From a virus, in the IMG/VR virus record IMGVR_UViG_3300015203_000005, positions 1-45,668 of that record: a DNA stretch of 45,668 nucleotides; one strand, given 5' to 3'. This document shows, one piece after another, positions 18,260-26,672 of the stretch; the first letter of the stretch is position 1; each line of letters starts with the position of its first letter. Both the position numbers and the translations under genes were made by a program. The notes under the pieces were generated by a model. That model was not told the DNA's origin and did no database searches. It worked only from the letters and a program-made list of their open reading frames with translations.

Positions 18260-19002
18260 GAAAACTATTATCTCTTTTTCTGGTTTGTTTAGCTCTGGCC
18301 GGATTTGCGCAGAATAAAATACTGATTCAGCAACCGGTAGTCTGGACACCCCAATCCTTAACCCCGGCTGCATGGTGGGACAGCCGATCCGCCGATATGA
18401 GTGCTACCGGGGACTATTGGAATGACCGATCTGGAAATGGTTATAATGTCACAGCCACAGGAACACAAAGACCAACTTACAACTCAACGGCATTAAACGG
18501 TCGTCCTGGATTTGTATTTGATGGTGCGCTTACCTTTTTTTTAGGGGCTGCGACATTAACACAGATACATAACGTAACAAATGCAACGTTATGGATGGTT
18601 AATAAAAGGTCAGTTTTTGCAAACTCTGACGCTACTAATATTTTTCAGCTTAACCATTTTACGGATGATAACTATTATGCCATCCCGGCCAGTACCTCTG
18701 CCGGATATGGTAGTTCCGCAACGTCTAACGCTTTTCATTACGTCTTAATGATTTTTGATGGGACCGCGACTGGCAATTCAAACCGTTTAAAGGTTTACAA
18801 AGATGGAGTTTTACAGACACTATCATTCACCGGTACCATTGGCACGAACACAGAAAACGGCAGCCCCACCATCGAAATGGGGTACAACGGATTAAGCACG
18901 GTGGCGGGTACTATTGTAGAAGTTGGCGTTGTTGGGCGTACTATTTCAGGCACTGAGATTACTAACTTAAATTCATACTTAGCAACAACATACGGACTAT
19001 GA
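18256..19002 (+). CDS. LamG / concanavalin-A-like lectin domain protein with signal peptide
   Basis: ATGA overlap with the fibre stop. MRKLLSLFLVCLALAGFA-Q, then WWDSRS...WNDRSGNGYNV...NGRPGFVFDG, typical of Laminin_G_3-type domains. Confidence 0.6.
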   Translation: MRKLLSLFLVCLALAGFAQNKILIQQPVVWTPQSLTPAAWWDSRSADMSATGDYWNDRSGNGYNVTATGTQRPTYNSTALNGRPGFVFDGALTFFLGAATLTQIHNVTNATLWMVNKRSVFANSDATNIFQLNHFTDDNYYAIPASTSAGYGSSATSNAFHYVLMIFDGTATGNSNRLKVYKDGVLQTLSFTGTIGTNTENGSPTIEMGYNGLSTVAGTIVEVGVVGRTISGTEITNLNSYLATTYGL

Positions 19003-19355
19003 AAAAGCTACTTTTATTTTTATTCGTCTTTCTTTGGTTCTACGTATTTGCCTTTGCGCAGCCAACGGCATCAACAAAAACCACGGCATCGGCAGGGAAA
19101 GCCGATGTAAAGCCTGAAATTAAAACTATATCCATCTACATCTCACCTGAGACTTCGAAACGATTGGATGAGATTGAAAAGCAGGCGGCCAACCTGCAAG
19201 ATGAGGAATGGAGAAAGAAGGAATTAATCCGGCTTGGTGATTTGTACAGTGTTACGCTTTCAACATTGTTTGAGTCCAATCATGTTGATCCGTTGAAGGT
19301 CACCAATCGGGTCAAGGCAAAGGGGGATAGTTTGATTTTAACAATACAAAAATGA
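18999..19355 (+). CDS. 118-aa secreted-looking hypothetical protein
   Basis: ATGA coupling. MKKLLLFLFVFLWFYVFAFA-Q signal-like N-terminus. Confidence 0.55.
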   Translation: MKKLLLFLFVFLWFYVFAFAQPTASTKTTASAGKADVKPEIKTISIYISPETSKRLDEIEKQAANLQDEEWRKKELIRLGDLYSVTLSTLFESNHVDPLKVTNRVKAKGDSLILTIQK

Positions 19356-20011
19356 TCACTAAAACGGGGGACCAGCGGCTCTGGCCAAATAAGCCTATGA
19401 AAATGTTACTGAGTTGTTGTCTTTTACTTTCCTTCATTGTGTTGGGAAGTGGATTCAAGGAAAAACCGAAGCCTGAAAAGATTTATTCCTGCTATCCGGC
19501 CATCAATACCTATGTGACTGATCACATCAAAGATTTCAGGCACATTACGTTTGAACAATTGGCGACTTATCGGTTTATCGAGCAAAAAGCCATTTACAAT
19601 ACGTTGCCTAAACAAAAACAAAAAAGCATTTGGAGGGACCGATTAATCAAAGCCTCGTTGTCGAATAAATTTAATGATGAACAAAAAAGGTATATCATTA
19701 ATTTAGCAGATAAGCTGCGAAACGAAAATGACACGAGAACCAGCGATGAGGTTAAGGCCGAAATTCTAAGTCTTTTTACCAAAGAGCAAGCAAATCACAC
19801 ATTTGCTAATCTTTCAGACGCTCCTGGAGTGGTAGTATTCGCGGGAATTTGTCCTGACTGTGCGCCACAAACTTGTCAGTGCTGTATGCAAGACGATTAC
19901 TGCATGGATGCTTGTGTGCGAAGCATTACACACCCGTGTAGTTCAACGCCAAGCGGTTGTGGGTATTTATGGCATAGCCCATGTAACGGACTTTGCACAG
20001 GAGGCGGTTAA
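19352..20011 (+). CDS. Membrane-anchored or secreted protein with a Cys-rich C-terminal domain (start may be ATG 19397)
   Basis: MKMLLSCCLLLSFIVLGSGF hydrophobic N-terminus. The last 55 aa contain 13 Cys (CPDCAPQTCQCCMQDDYCMDACVRSITHPCSSTPSGCGYLWHSPCNGLC). Confidence 0.55.
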   Translation: MITKTGDQRLWPNKPMKMLLSCCLLLSFIVLGSGFKEKPKPEKIYSCYPAINTYVTDHIKDFRHITFEQLATYRFIEQKAIYNTLPKQKQKSIWRDRLIKASLSNKFNDEQKRYIINLADKLRNENDTRTSDEVKAEILSLFTKEQANHTFANLSDAPGVVVFAGICPDCAPQTCQCCMQDDYCMDACVRSITHPCSSTPSGCGYLWHSPCNGLCTGGG

Positions 20012-20022
20012 AACAAATCTAG

Positions 20023-20044
20023 GCAACCCCGTAAGGTTGCTTTT
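20023..20044 (+). terminator. Rho-independent terminator candidate
   Basis: GCAACC-ccgtaa-GGTTGC followed by TTTT, 12 nt after the stop at 20011. Confidence 0.55.
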
Positions 20045-20057
20045 AAAACAAAACTTT

Positions 20058-20162
20058 ATGCACCACATCGTTTATTTTATACTCGCTTCGTGCTTCGTTA
20101 CGTATAACATTTGGGCTGCTATCCATGTCTTAAAAAAAGAGATCATTAAAAAAAGAAGTTAA
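20058..20162 (+). CDS. 34-aa single-TM micro-protein candidate
   Basis: MHHIVYFILASCFVTYNIWAAIHVLKKEIIKKRS. Its stop abuts the next ATG. Hand translated. Confidence 0.3.
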   Translation: MHHIVYFILASCFVTYNIWAAIHVLKKEIIKKRS

Positions 20163-21482
20163 ATGAAAAAACTCCTCTTCCTTCTTGTCTTAGTTTCGAC
20201 TTTCGCTTTCGGGCAACCTAAAGGACTTTGGCGGAAGTATGTTGATATTCCAAATGCTCCGGCACAGACTTCCCCGGTAACCATTACTCCGGCCAATCAT
20301 GACGGGGGTGGAAATCAGTTTTTTACCATATCATCCCTAATGGGGTCGTCTAAGTCAGGAAAGACCTCTGGCAATTTTTCAAGTGGTTTTGATGCTAGAT
20401 CACCTGTTGGAACAGTTGGAGCCCCATACATATTTGTTAACACTGCCGGAGATCAATTTGGGTCTGCCGGAGTTGCAACACATGGAATAACTTCTATCAC
20501 AGACGCAGATTATTATAACTGGTACGGCTTGAGCGCAACGGCACCACTTTTGGTTACCGGCGGTAGTGGGGCTAATGGCTTTGCACTTAATGCAAGAGCT
20601 GGTGGTTCACATCATGTCATTCAAAATGCCGTAATAAATGCTCCAAACTCGTCTGGACTCAGCGCAAACAATGCTGTTAATGGAACCAACTACTATGAAA
20701 CATTCGATGGCAGCTTCCTTCGCGTATTCAACGCCGGACAGGAAGGATTTTACCTGATTAATACTACTGGAACTACGACAACACCCAATTACGGTAATAT
20801 ATTTAACCTTACCAATTGCTTCACATATACTACTTCACGCGAAGGGTTTCAGGGTGAACACATCAATGTCTTTAAAGCCTCACATAACACAGTTGTCCTG
20901 GCTGGACAAACTGGTGGAGCGGCACAAAATAACGCCTGCCAGGGTCATGATCTTGGGCCTGGGTCCAGGTACAGCTACAATATCTTTGATGGTTCGCCGG
21001 TCGCTTTCAATCTTTTCACCCATTGCCTGAGAATTGACCATAACTACTTCAGCTTCACTCTGAACTTTGATCCAGGAGATGGGCATACAATTAATAGTGA
21101 CATAGGCAGAACCGATAACGCTATTTGGAACGCAAGCGCACGCTTAACGGGGGATACTGTCATAGTTGAAAACAACTACTTCAATTTCACCGGGGCAGGA
21201 ACGTTGGAATATTTTACTCTGGTTGAATTACGTGATGCTGTTGTCATCTTCCGCAACAACACCTTCAGTCCCAACATTACCCACATCATGAAAGACCAAC
21301 GGGCCGTAGGATTTACCAATACTCTTATAGGGGACATAGGGAACAACGGCAATGTGTCGGCCTCAATCACGGCGCCGATCTATGTCACAGGTTACAACGA
21401 TCCAAATAACTACCTTTATCAAGGATTGCTAGTAACGAGTAGTCCATACTATTCCGCTCACATGGGGTATCGCACACCGTAA
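20163..21482 (+). CDS. Secreted-looking right-handed beta-helix (pectate-lyase-fold-like) protein, possible glycan depolymerase
   Basis: MKKLLFLLVLVSTFAFG-Q signal-like N-terminus. Asn/Gly/Thr-rich repetitive body such as NAVINAPNSSGLSANNAVNGTN. The fold assignment is tentative. Confidence 0.45.
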   Translation: MKKLLFLLVLVSTFAFGQPKGLWRKYVDIPNAPAQTSPVTITPANHDGGGNQFFTISSLMGSSKSGKTSGNFSSGFDARSPVGTVGAPYIFVNTAGDQFGSAGVATHGITSITDADYYNWYGLSATAPLLVTGGSGANGFALNARAGGSHHVIQNAVINAPNSSGLSANNAVNGTNYYETFDGSFLRVFNAGQEGFYLINTTGTTTTPNYGNIFNLTNCFTYTTSREGFQGEHINVFKASHNTVVLAGQTGGAAQNNACQGHDLGPGSRYSYNIFDGSPVAFNLFTHCLRIDHNYFSFTLNFDPGDGHTINSDIGRTDNAIWNASARLTGDTVIVENNYFNFTGAGTLEYFTLVELRDAVVIFRNNTFSPNITHIMKDQRAVGFTNTLIGDIGNNGNVSASITAPIYVTGYNDPNNYLYQGLLVTSSPYYSAHMGYRTP

Positions 21483-21493
21483 AATTTAAAACT

Positions 21494-21832
21494 ATGGACA
21501 CCACAGAGCAAAAAAGTTTTCTTGGCCGCAATATCGCCTACATCGTAGCCCTGTACGTTTTGTTTCTATGGGGGTTAATCACGTTGGCTATCATCGGGGC
21601 TTGTGTGATTGCTATTTTTCACGGTAAGGTAATCGGTGACTTAACGGTAGTAACGACAATATGGGGGGCGGTTAGTGCCGTTGCTGCCATTCCGGTTAAC
21701 TATTACCTGGGTTCTTCGCAGGGGTCTGTAGATAAACAAAAGACCATTGACAAGATGACTACCCCAACACCTACACCGGGAGTAGAAACCAAGATTGAAA
21801 AGACGGATATAATCGCTGACCCGACAAAATGA
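21494..21832 (+). CDS. Membrane protein (2-3 TM), holin-class candidate
   Basis: Hydrophobic segments IAYIVALYVLFLWGLITLAIIGACVIAIF and VVTTIWGAVSAVAAIPV. Confidence 0.5.
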   Translation: MDTTEQKSFLGRNIAYIVALYVLFLWGLITLAIIGACVIAIFHGKVIGDLTVVTTIWGAVSAVAAIPVNYYLGSSQGSVDKQKTIDKMTTPTPTPGVETKIEKTDIIADPTK

Positions 21833-22119
21833 AAATGAAAGTTGGTGGAACAACTAAATTCTCCTGGCGCAATTACAGTCGGCCAACTCCGCAGAATTTC
21901 TTGCGGCTGGCCTTACTCGTTAAAAGAATTTTGTATGCAGCTTCAACGGGATCGCTGTTCCAGGAGAACCATTGGATAACAGGAGGTTTGATAATTGCTA
22001 TTCCGTTAACCGAAGAACTGGTTCAATTTCTTTCTGATGCTTCCGATGCGGCTAATACCGTTCACGTTGAAGCGGATGTAAATAAAGATGCTATTGTATT
22101 AGACCCACCTAAAGTGTAA
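21829..22119 (+). CDS. 96-aa hypothetical membrane-associated protein
   Basis: ATGA coupling with the upstream ORF. One hydrophobic segment. Confidence 0.5.
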   Translation: MKMKVGGTTKFSWRNYSRPTPQNFLRLALLVKRILYAASTGSLFQENHWITGGLIIAIPLTEELVQFLSDASDAANTVHVEADVNKDAIVLDPPKV

Positions 22120-22126
22120 AAACCAA

Positions 22127-22369
22127 ATGCCTGATTTAATTTATGGATTTCTTGGGATTGTTCTTGCCGGTTGGATGGGGTGGATAAGTATTACCGTGAT
22201 CCACATTTCACATGACACTAAAAAGTCATCCGAACTGAAGGGGTCTTTTGAAAAGATGGAGAAGGATGTGGAGGGATCAATACAAAGGATGGATGACCGA
22301 CTTGATTTATTTCTGAAAACCGAAATCCAGGAACTAAAGTCTGTTCTAAAAAACAAAGACGGTGATTAA
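22127..22369 (+). CDS. 80-aa N-terminal TM + coiled-coil protein
   Basis: LIYGFLGIVLAGWMGWISITVI followed by a charged helical tail. Its 3' end overlaps the start of the receiver-domain gene. Confidence 0.55.
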   Translation: MPDLIYGFLGIVLAGWMGWISITVIHISHDTKKSSELKGSFEKMEKDVEGSIQRMDDRLDLFLKTEIQELKSVLKNKDGD

Positions 22370-22730
22370 GAAAGTTCTAATCGTAGAAGATAATGAGCTT
22401 CAGGCAAAACTACTCAACCTAATGTTACAGGATGAGGGGTTCATAATAGTTGTGGCTTCAGGAGGCGTGGAGGCTTTGAAAATATTGAAAGACGTTAATT
22501 TTGATTTGATCGTATCGGACGTAAACATGCCTGAAATGGATGGTTATTCGTTGGCCAGGAACGTTAAATCGACACTTAAAAAGAGTATCCCGTTTTTGAT
22601 CTACTCGTCAGTCCCGTTGGACAAAGAAGAAATAGAGCTATCAGCCGGGGACATTGATAGGTACATCGTGAAAGCCGGGGTGCAGGGAATCAAAGATGAG
22701 ATAATGCAATATTTAAAATCTAAACATTAA
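22362..22730 (+). CDS. Stand-alone response-regulator receiver (CheY-like REC) domain protein
   Basis: KKVLIVEDNE (acidic pair), LIVSDVNMPEMDG (phospho-acceptor Asp context), LIYSS (Thr/Ser position), IVKAG (Lys position). 122 aa with no output domain. GTG start. Confidence 0.8.
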   Translation: MIKKVLIVEDNELQAKLLNLMLQDEGFIIVVASGGVEALKILKDVNFDLIVSDVNMPEMDGYSLARNVKSTLKKSIPFLIYSSVPLDKEEIELSAGDIDRYIVKAGVQGIKDEIMQYLKSKH

Positions 22731-22734
22731 AACT

Positions 22735-22887
22735 ATGTTTTTATTCGGACTACTTCTCGGAATCGCTAGCACAATAACTGTGCAAATATTGTTCTGGCCT
22801 AAGATCAGGGCATGGGCCGCATTAAAGGAAGCACAGGCAAAAGCCAAAGCGGCGCAGATCGCTCAAAAATTGGGAGAGAAACTATAA
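22735..22887 (+). CDS. 50-aa single-TM protein (holin/antiholin-class candidate)
   Basis: MFLFGLLLGIASTITVQILFW + charged tail. Hand translated. Confidence 0.4.
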   Translation: MFLFGLLLGIASTITVQILFWPKIRAWAALKEAQAKAKAAQIAQKLGEKL

Positions 22888-22897
22888 ACTTAAAACT

Positions 22898-23074
22898 ATG
22901 GGAATCGAATGGTTACTTATTGTCATTGTCTTAGCCGCGCTATTACTTTGGCTTGTCCCAATGGATGCTATATTCAAAAAGATCATCTACGCCATCGTAG
23001 TTATCTGCTTTTTTGTATGGCTCCTGGGGGTGTTCGGGGTGAATATTGGGGCGCATCTAAACTTAAATAAATGA
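22898..23074 (+). CDS. 58-aa two-TM protein, holin candidate
   Basis: Two hydrophobic helices. ATGA overlap with the endolysin start. Confidence 0.45.
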   Translation: MGIEWLLIVIVLAALLLWLVPMDAIFKKIIYAIVVICFFVWLLGVFGVNIGAHLNLNK

Positions 23075-23538
23075 CCCTGGAAGAACACATCTCCAAGTAT
23101 TGTACCTATGGAGAGGCCATACAATCACAAACGGCCTCACGACTGGGTATTGACAACACACCGAATGAGGAGCAAATAACAGCCATGAAGTATGTTGCTA
23201 CGGAAATCTTTGACCCAGTACGTGAGTTCCTCGGTGGGCCACTGACCGCCTCTAGTTTCTTTCGCTCTCCAGCCCTCAACAAAGTTATCGGCGGGAGTTC
23301 CACCACGTCACAACACATGAAGGGCGAGGCTATAGATATGTTCAAGTCTGGAAGGAATAAGGAAATTTTTGACTACATACGAAAAAATTTGGCCTTTGAC
23401 CAACTAATTTGGGAGTATGGAAATAACACCGAACCGGATTGGGTCCACTGCTCAAAGGTTCCAGTAGGCAATCGTCACATGGTACTGCAATGTCTTAGAG
23501 GCGCGAAGTATGTAATGTTTAATCTATACCCGATATGA
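23071..23538 (+). CDS. Endolysin, peptidase M15 (VanY / L-alanyl-D-glutamate peptidase-like)
   Basis: SSFFRSPALN...SQHMKGEAIDM...FDQLIWEY...DWVHCS matches the zinc-ligand H-x6-D...H layout of M15 phage endolysins. Confidence 0.85.
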   Translation: MTLEEHISKYCTYGEAIQSQTASRLGIDNTPNEEQITAMKYVATEIFDPVREFLGGPLTASSFFRSPALNKVIGGSSTTSQHMKGEAIDMFKSGRNKEIFDYIRKNLAFDQLIWEYGNNTEPDWVHCSKVPVGNRHMVLQCLRGAKYVMFNLYPI

Positions 23539-23714
23539 AAAACCCCATCTGGATACTCCTAGTTGTTGACCTCATTGCCCTTTTGTTTTGTGTCTATGCC
23601 GTGGCCACAGACGGATGGACTTCCGCAAGCACTACGGTTTTCTATACACTTGGAATCTTCGGAATACCATCGCTGATATGGATTGTCTATAATGCCATCA
23701 CCAAGACAAAATGA
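23535..23714 (+). CDS. 59-aa two-TM protein
   Basis: ATGA overlaps on both sides. Hand translated: MKNPIWILLVVDLIALLFCVYAV... Confidence 0.4.
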   Translation: MKNPIWILLVVDLIALLFCVYAVATDGWTSASTTVFYTLGIFGIPSLIWIVYNAITKTK

Positions 23715-24112
23715 TCGTCCTCTGTTTGCTTCTACTAGTCGTTCCACTTCCCATCAAACTAAAATGGGACTACGATTTATGGAAAAAGCATGGTAAGAAT
23801 CCGCACCCGTTCAGGCTTGTCGTTATCGTGACGGTAATGGGCCTGGTATCTTACATCGTTTGGAGAATTGGCCCGGTAAGGTATTTAGCACAGCCTTTAC
23901 TTTTATCGACCGCGATCTTTGGAATGTTCTTCGATTATATCATTAATTGGATAGAGGGCCGGGACTGGTATTTCATTTCCGAACCAGGCGATAAATACGG
24001 TTCATGGATCGACATGCACATTTATTATCCATTAGGTTGGTGGAAATTACTTATACTTAAGGTCTGCTTTTTAGCATTGGCTCTAACGTTTAATCATTGG
24101 ATATGGCACTAA
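23711..24112 (+). CDS. 133-aa polytopic membrane protein
   Basis: ORF track. About 4 hydrophobic segments. Confidence 0.55.
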   Translation: MIVLCLLLLVVPLPIKLKWDYDLWKKHGKNPHPFRLVVIVTVMGLVSYIVWRIGPVRYLAQPLLLSTAIFGMFFDYIINWIEGRDWYFISEPGDKYGSWIDMHIYYPLGWWKLLILKVCFLALALTFNHWIWH

Positions 24113-24828
24113 CGTTCATTAAAAAATATTGGCGCGAAGTAGCAATACTAATATTATTCGTTGTATGCTTTATCTCCATTCGTTCTTGCCGAACGCAAAA
24201 AGAATTGACAAACTTGAAAGCGCAGCAATATGATTCGGCGTACCATTTTGCCAAAGTATATAAAATGGAAAACGGTGACCTGGTTTACCAGGTGCTCACC
24301 ACCGAAGCCACGATACATCAACTTAAGGGCGAATCAATTTTGGACCTACTGGAAAAAAATCACCTGAAGGAACAGATCGGCGACATAAGTCGGCTCGTTA
24401 CCATCTATCGCGGGCAAGTAGAAAGCGCGGGCAACTTTGTAAGCGTGGCGCACGATACTGTTATAATGGAGATAACTAAAAAGGATACGACGAAGGTCAA
24501 GGAAAAATCCTTTAAGTGGACAAATGGATACCTAAGTCTTGCAGAAATCTATAATCCAATTACCGGCTGGCTGAGTCATAAGTATCTTTATCGTGCGGAT
24601 TTCCAACTTGTAAGTTACCGCCGTGGGGCAAATTTTTTCCGTCGCGGCACCCTGGTTAGCGACATAACATTCAATGATCCTAATATACAGGTTGGAGAGT
24701 TTCAAGGCGTAGTGGTCAAGGAACCACCAGCTAAACGATTCAGTGTCGGTCCATACATTGGATACGACCTGTTAAGTAATAAACCGTCTATAGGTGTAGC
24801 AGTACAGTGGGGAGTAATACACTTCTAA
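24097..24828 (+). CDS. N-terminally anchored 243-aa protein (spanin-like position)
   Basis: VAILILFVVCFISI anchor. Last gene of the rightward lysis block. Confidence 0.5.
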   Translation: MDMALTFIKKYWREVAILILFVVCFISIRSCRTQKELTNLKAQQYDSAYHFAKVYKMENGDLVYQVLTTEATIHQLKGESILDLLEKNHLKEQIGDISRLVTIYRGQVESAGNFVSVAHDTVIMEITKKDTTKVKEKSFKWTNGYLSLAEIYNPITGWLSHKYLYRADFQLVSYRRGANFFRRGTLVSDITFNDPNIQVGEFQGVVVKEPPAKRFSVGPYIGYDLLSNKPSIGVAVQWGVIHF

Positions 24829-24840
24829 AATTTTGGGCAT

Positions 24841-24885
24841 AAAAAAAGCCGCCTGGAACTGAATCCAAGCGGCTCTTTATTTTAC
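24841..24885. terminator. Bidirectional rho-independent terminator at the convergent junction
   Basis: AAAAAAA-AGCCGC-c-TGGA-actgaa-TCCA-a-GCGGCT-cTTTATTTT. A-run upstream and T-run downstream. Confidence 0.7.
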
Positions 24886-25133
24886 ATTTTTAGTTGCCGT
24901 CCGCTCCTGGAGCAGTAGGCTTCGGGGCTGGTTTGGCCGGTCCCGGTTTTGGTTGTTTTCCCATACCCGTACCTATTAAATAACCGGGCCAGCTTTTAGG
25001 CTGTTTTGGGCCTATTTTAAAGGCCGCTGGGCGCGTTTGGCGGGGCCGCCAGGCAATCCAAATTTAAGCCATGTTGGGCTATATAAAAGGCTAGATAGTT
25101 AAAGGGACAGGCTAAAAATGACTAATTTTACCT

Positions 25134-25286
25134 ATGCCTATTAAAAAGAAACGAAATAACAACAGGAAACTACGGCAAATTCAGTTTTGCCACCTTTATG
25201 ACCTAGTTTCAATGAGCGATTTCTGTGTTTACTGCGGGGACATTGCAACGTCTAAAGATCATGTACCACCAATATTTGGGGTTTAA
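25134..25286 (+). pseudogene. Possible truncated HNH endonuclease remnant (50-aa ORF)
   Basis: ...FCVYCGDIATSKDHVPPIFGV-stop resembles the CxxCG...DH.xP first half of HNH nucleases, but the second half is missing and all + frames downstream are closed. Confidence 0.2.
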
Positions 25287-25509
25287 GGGGTGATCCGATT
25301 TTAGTTAGTGCTGGCAATCCAATTTTCCTAGCATCACCATACACTCCTTTCTCATCAACTCTAAACCAAGCAACTGAAAGACCAGAAACAATTTGAACGT
25401 GGAGCGATGGGTAATCATAAACAATAATTAGTTTAGATACTTTTATACCACTTAATAAAAGTCTCAAATTCTCCATTGTAGGATTACTCACCGTATCATT
25501 TATATTCAT
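25252..25509 (-). CDS. 85-aa hypothetical protein, low-GC
   Basis: ATGA coupling to the upstream ORF. Last gene of the leftward operon. Confidence 0.5.
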   Translation of the reverse strand: MNINDTVSNPTMENLRLLLSGIKVSKLIIVYDYPSLHVQIVSGLSVAWFRVDEKGVYGDARKIGLPALTKIGSPLKPQILVVHDL

Positions 25510-25859
25510 TTTGTTTGGGGTTTTGAGCTAGTCTCTTCTTTCACCTCCACCTCAAACGCCCCTGAGAGTTGGTAGATGGATTCTTCTTTGAAGTCATGAC
25601 CGTGAGGATTACCATTTATATCCTTGAAATTTTGCATCCATAACCAATCATCGAGCACTTCAATAACCTTGTCGGGAGAAATGGCAAGGGCTAACTCTTT
25701 ATCGTATTCACTCATAGCTATTGTACAATCACAAGGGATTCCGGGCGGTGAGCAAGTTAACACTTTACCATTTTCACAATATGCTGGTTCTTTTGGCATC
25801 TCCGGCACAAAGTAAAACTTGCCTGAGCGGTAAATGAAGAAGGGGTCGGTGGTGGTCAT
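25506..25859 (-). CDS. 117-aa hypothetical protein
   Basis: ORF track. Coupled overlaps on both sides. Confidence 0.6.
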   Translation of the reverse strand: MTTTDPFFIYRSGKFYFVPEMPKEPAYCENGKVLTCSPPGIPCDCTIAMSEYDKELALAISPDKVIEVLDDWLWMQNFKDINGNPHGHDFKEESIYQLSGAFEVEVKEETSSKPQTK

Positions 25860-26050
25860 GAGTGATTAGTTGCGTTGTCGATAGCCTTTCGTAAGTCTCT
25901 TGCAAGCACCGTTATTTTATCTTTCCCAAATTCAAGTACAACCATACTGTTCAGGTTCCAATGATTGAGTACAAACAACTCAGGATATTTCAATCCTTCG
26001 GTTTCGGTTCCGTTTTTCTCATAGATTTTAATCCGTGTTTCTGTTTTCAT
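25856..26050 (-). CDS. 64-aa hypothetical protein
   Basis: ORF track. ATGA coupling. Confidence 0.55.
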   Translation of the reverse strand: MKTETRIKIYEKNGTETEGLKYPELFVLNHWNLNSMVVLEFGKDKITVLARDLRKAIDNATNHS

Positions 26051-26079
26051 CTTCGTGGTCTTTAGCGGTGGTTATGAGT

Positions 26080-26343
26080 TCATTTCCCCTTAGTGGGCGT
26101 TTTGGTTAAAATACCATCATCCCCCACAGTAACAAAAATAAGCCTGCCCCAAGGGTAGCGTTTGGTAAATGATTTCCTATCAAGTATAACTCGGTAGTGA
26201 TTACCTGTTTTTCCATTTTCATTAACCGAAACATCAACAAATTGACATACACCCGCTTCCCACTTAGGGGGTGAGCACCTATAATTTAAAACAGTGCATT
26301 GCTGCTCAGGCAAAACCTTTACTGATACTTTTATTTGTTTCAT
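26080..26343 (-). CDS. 87-aa hypothetical protein
   Basis: ORF track. Confidence 0.55.
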   Translation of the reverse strand: MKQIKVSVKVLPEQQCTVLNYRCSPPKWEAGVCQFVDVSVNENGKTGNHYRVILDRKSFTKRYPWGRLIFVTVGDDGILTKTPTKGK

Positions 26344-26672
26344 ACTTCATTGGCTTTATCCGCGCCTTTAAATACCCCTGTTTTCTTTAAAGCCTCAAAA
26401 GAGGAAAGGGCCTCATGGGCAGCTTCCCAACTTACATCTCCAAGTCTTGTATCCTTCGCATGGTCTAAAACTCTGTACATCTCTTCGGCCACCTTCAACA
26501 AAGCGGAGTAAGAGGATTGATCGGAGTTAAGGCGGTCACATATTGAAAGCATATCGTTTGAATGAAACTTGTTGTTGTGTTTTACTGCTTCAAAGCTAAA
26601 GCCCTCACCAAATAAACGGATAAGAATATACCCGTTTCCTTCTGCGTGTGTTTCAAAGTTCCACGTTTTCAT
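26340..26672 (-). CDS. 110-aa hypothetical protein
   Basis: ORF track. ATGA coupling. Confidence 0.6.
   Translation of the reverse strand: MKTWNFETHAEGNGYILIRLFGEGFSFEAVKHNNKFHSNDMLSICDRLNSDQSSYSALLKVAEEMYRVLDHAKDTRLGDVSWEAAHEALSSFEALKKTGVFKGADKANEV

Noticed and set aside
19860-20162. 100-aa ORF overlapping the end of the Cys-rich gene
   Set aside because: Its first half overlaps the Cys-rich domain in another frame and it reads through the terminator hairpin. Only the last 34 codons (20058..20162) are kept, as a low-confidence micro-ORF.
24891-24965. 24-aa Pro-rich minus-strand micro-ORF (MGKQPKPGPAKPAPKPTAPGADGN)
   Set aside because: It is too short and low-complexity, lies beyond the operon terminator region, and has no supporting context.
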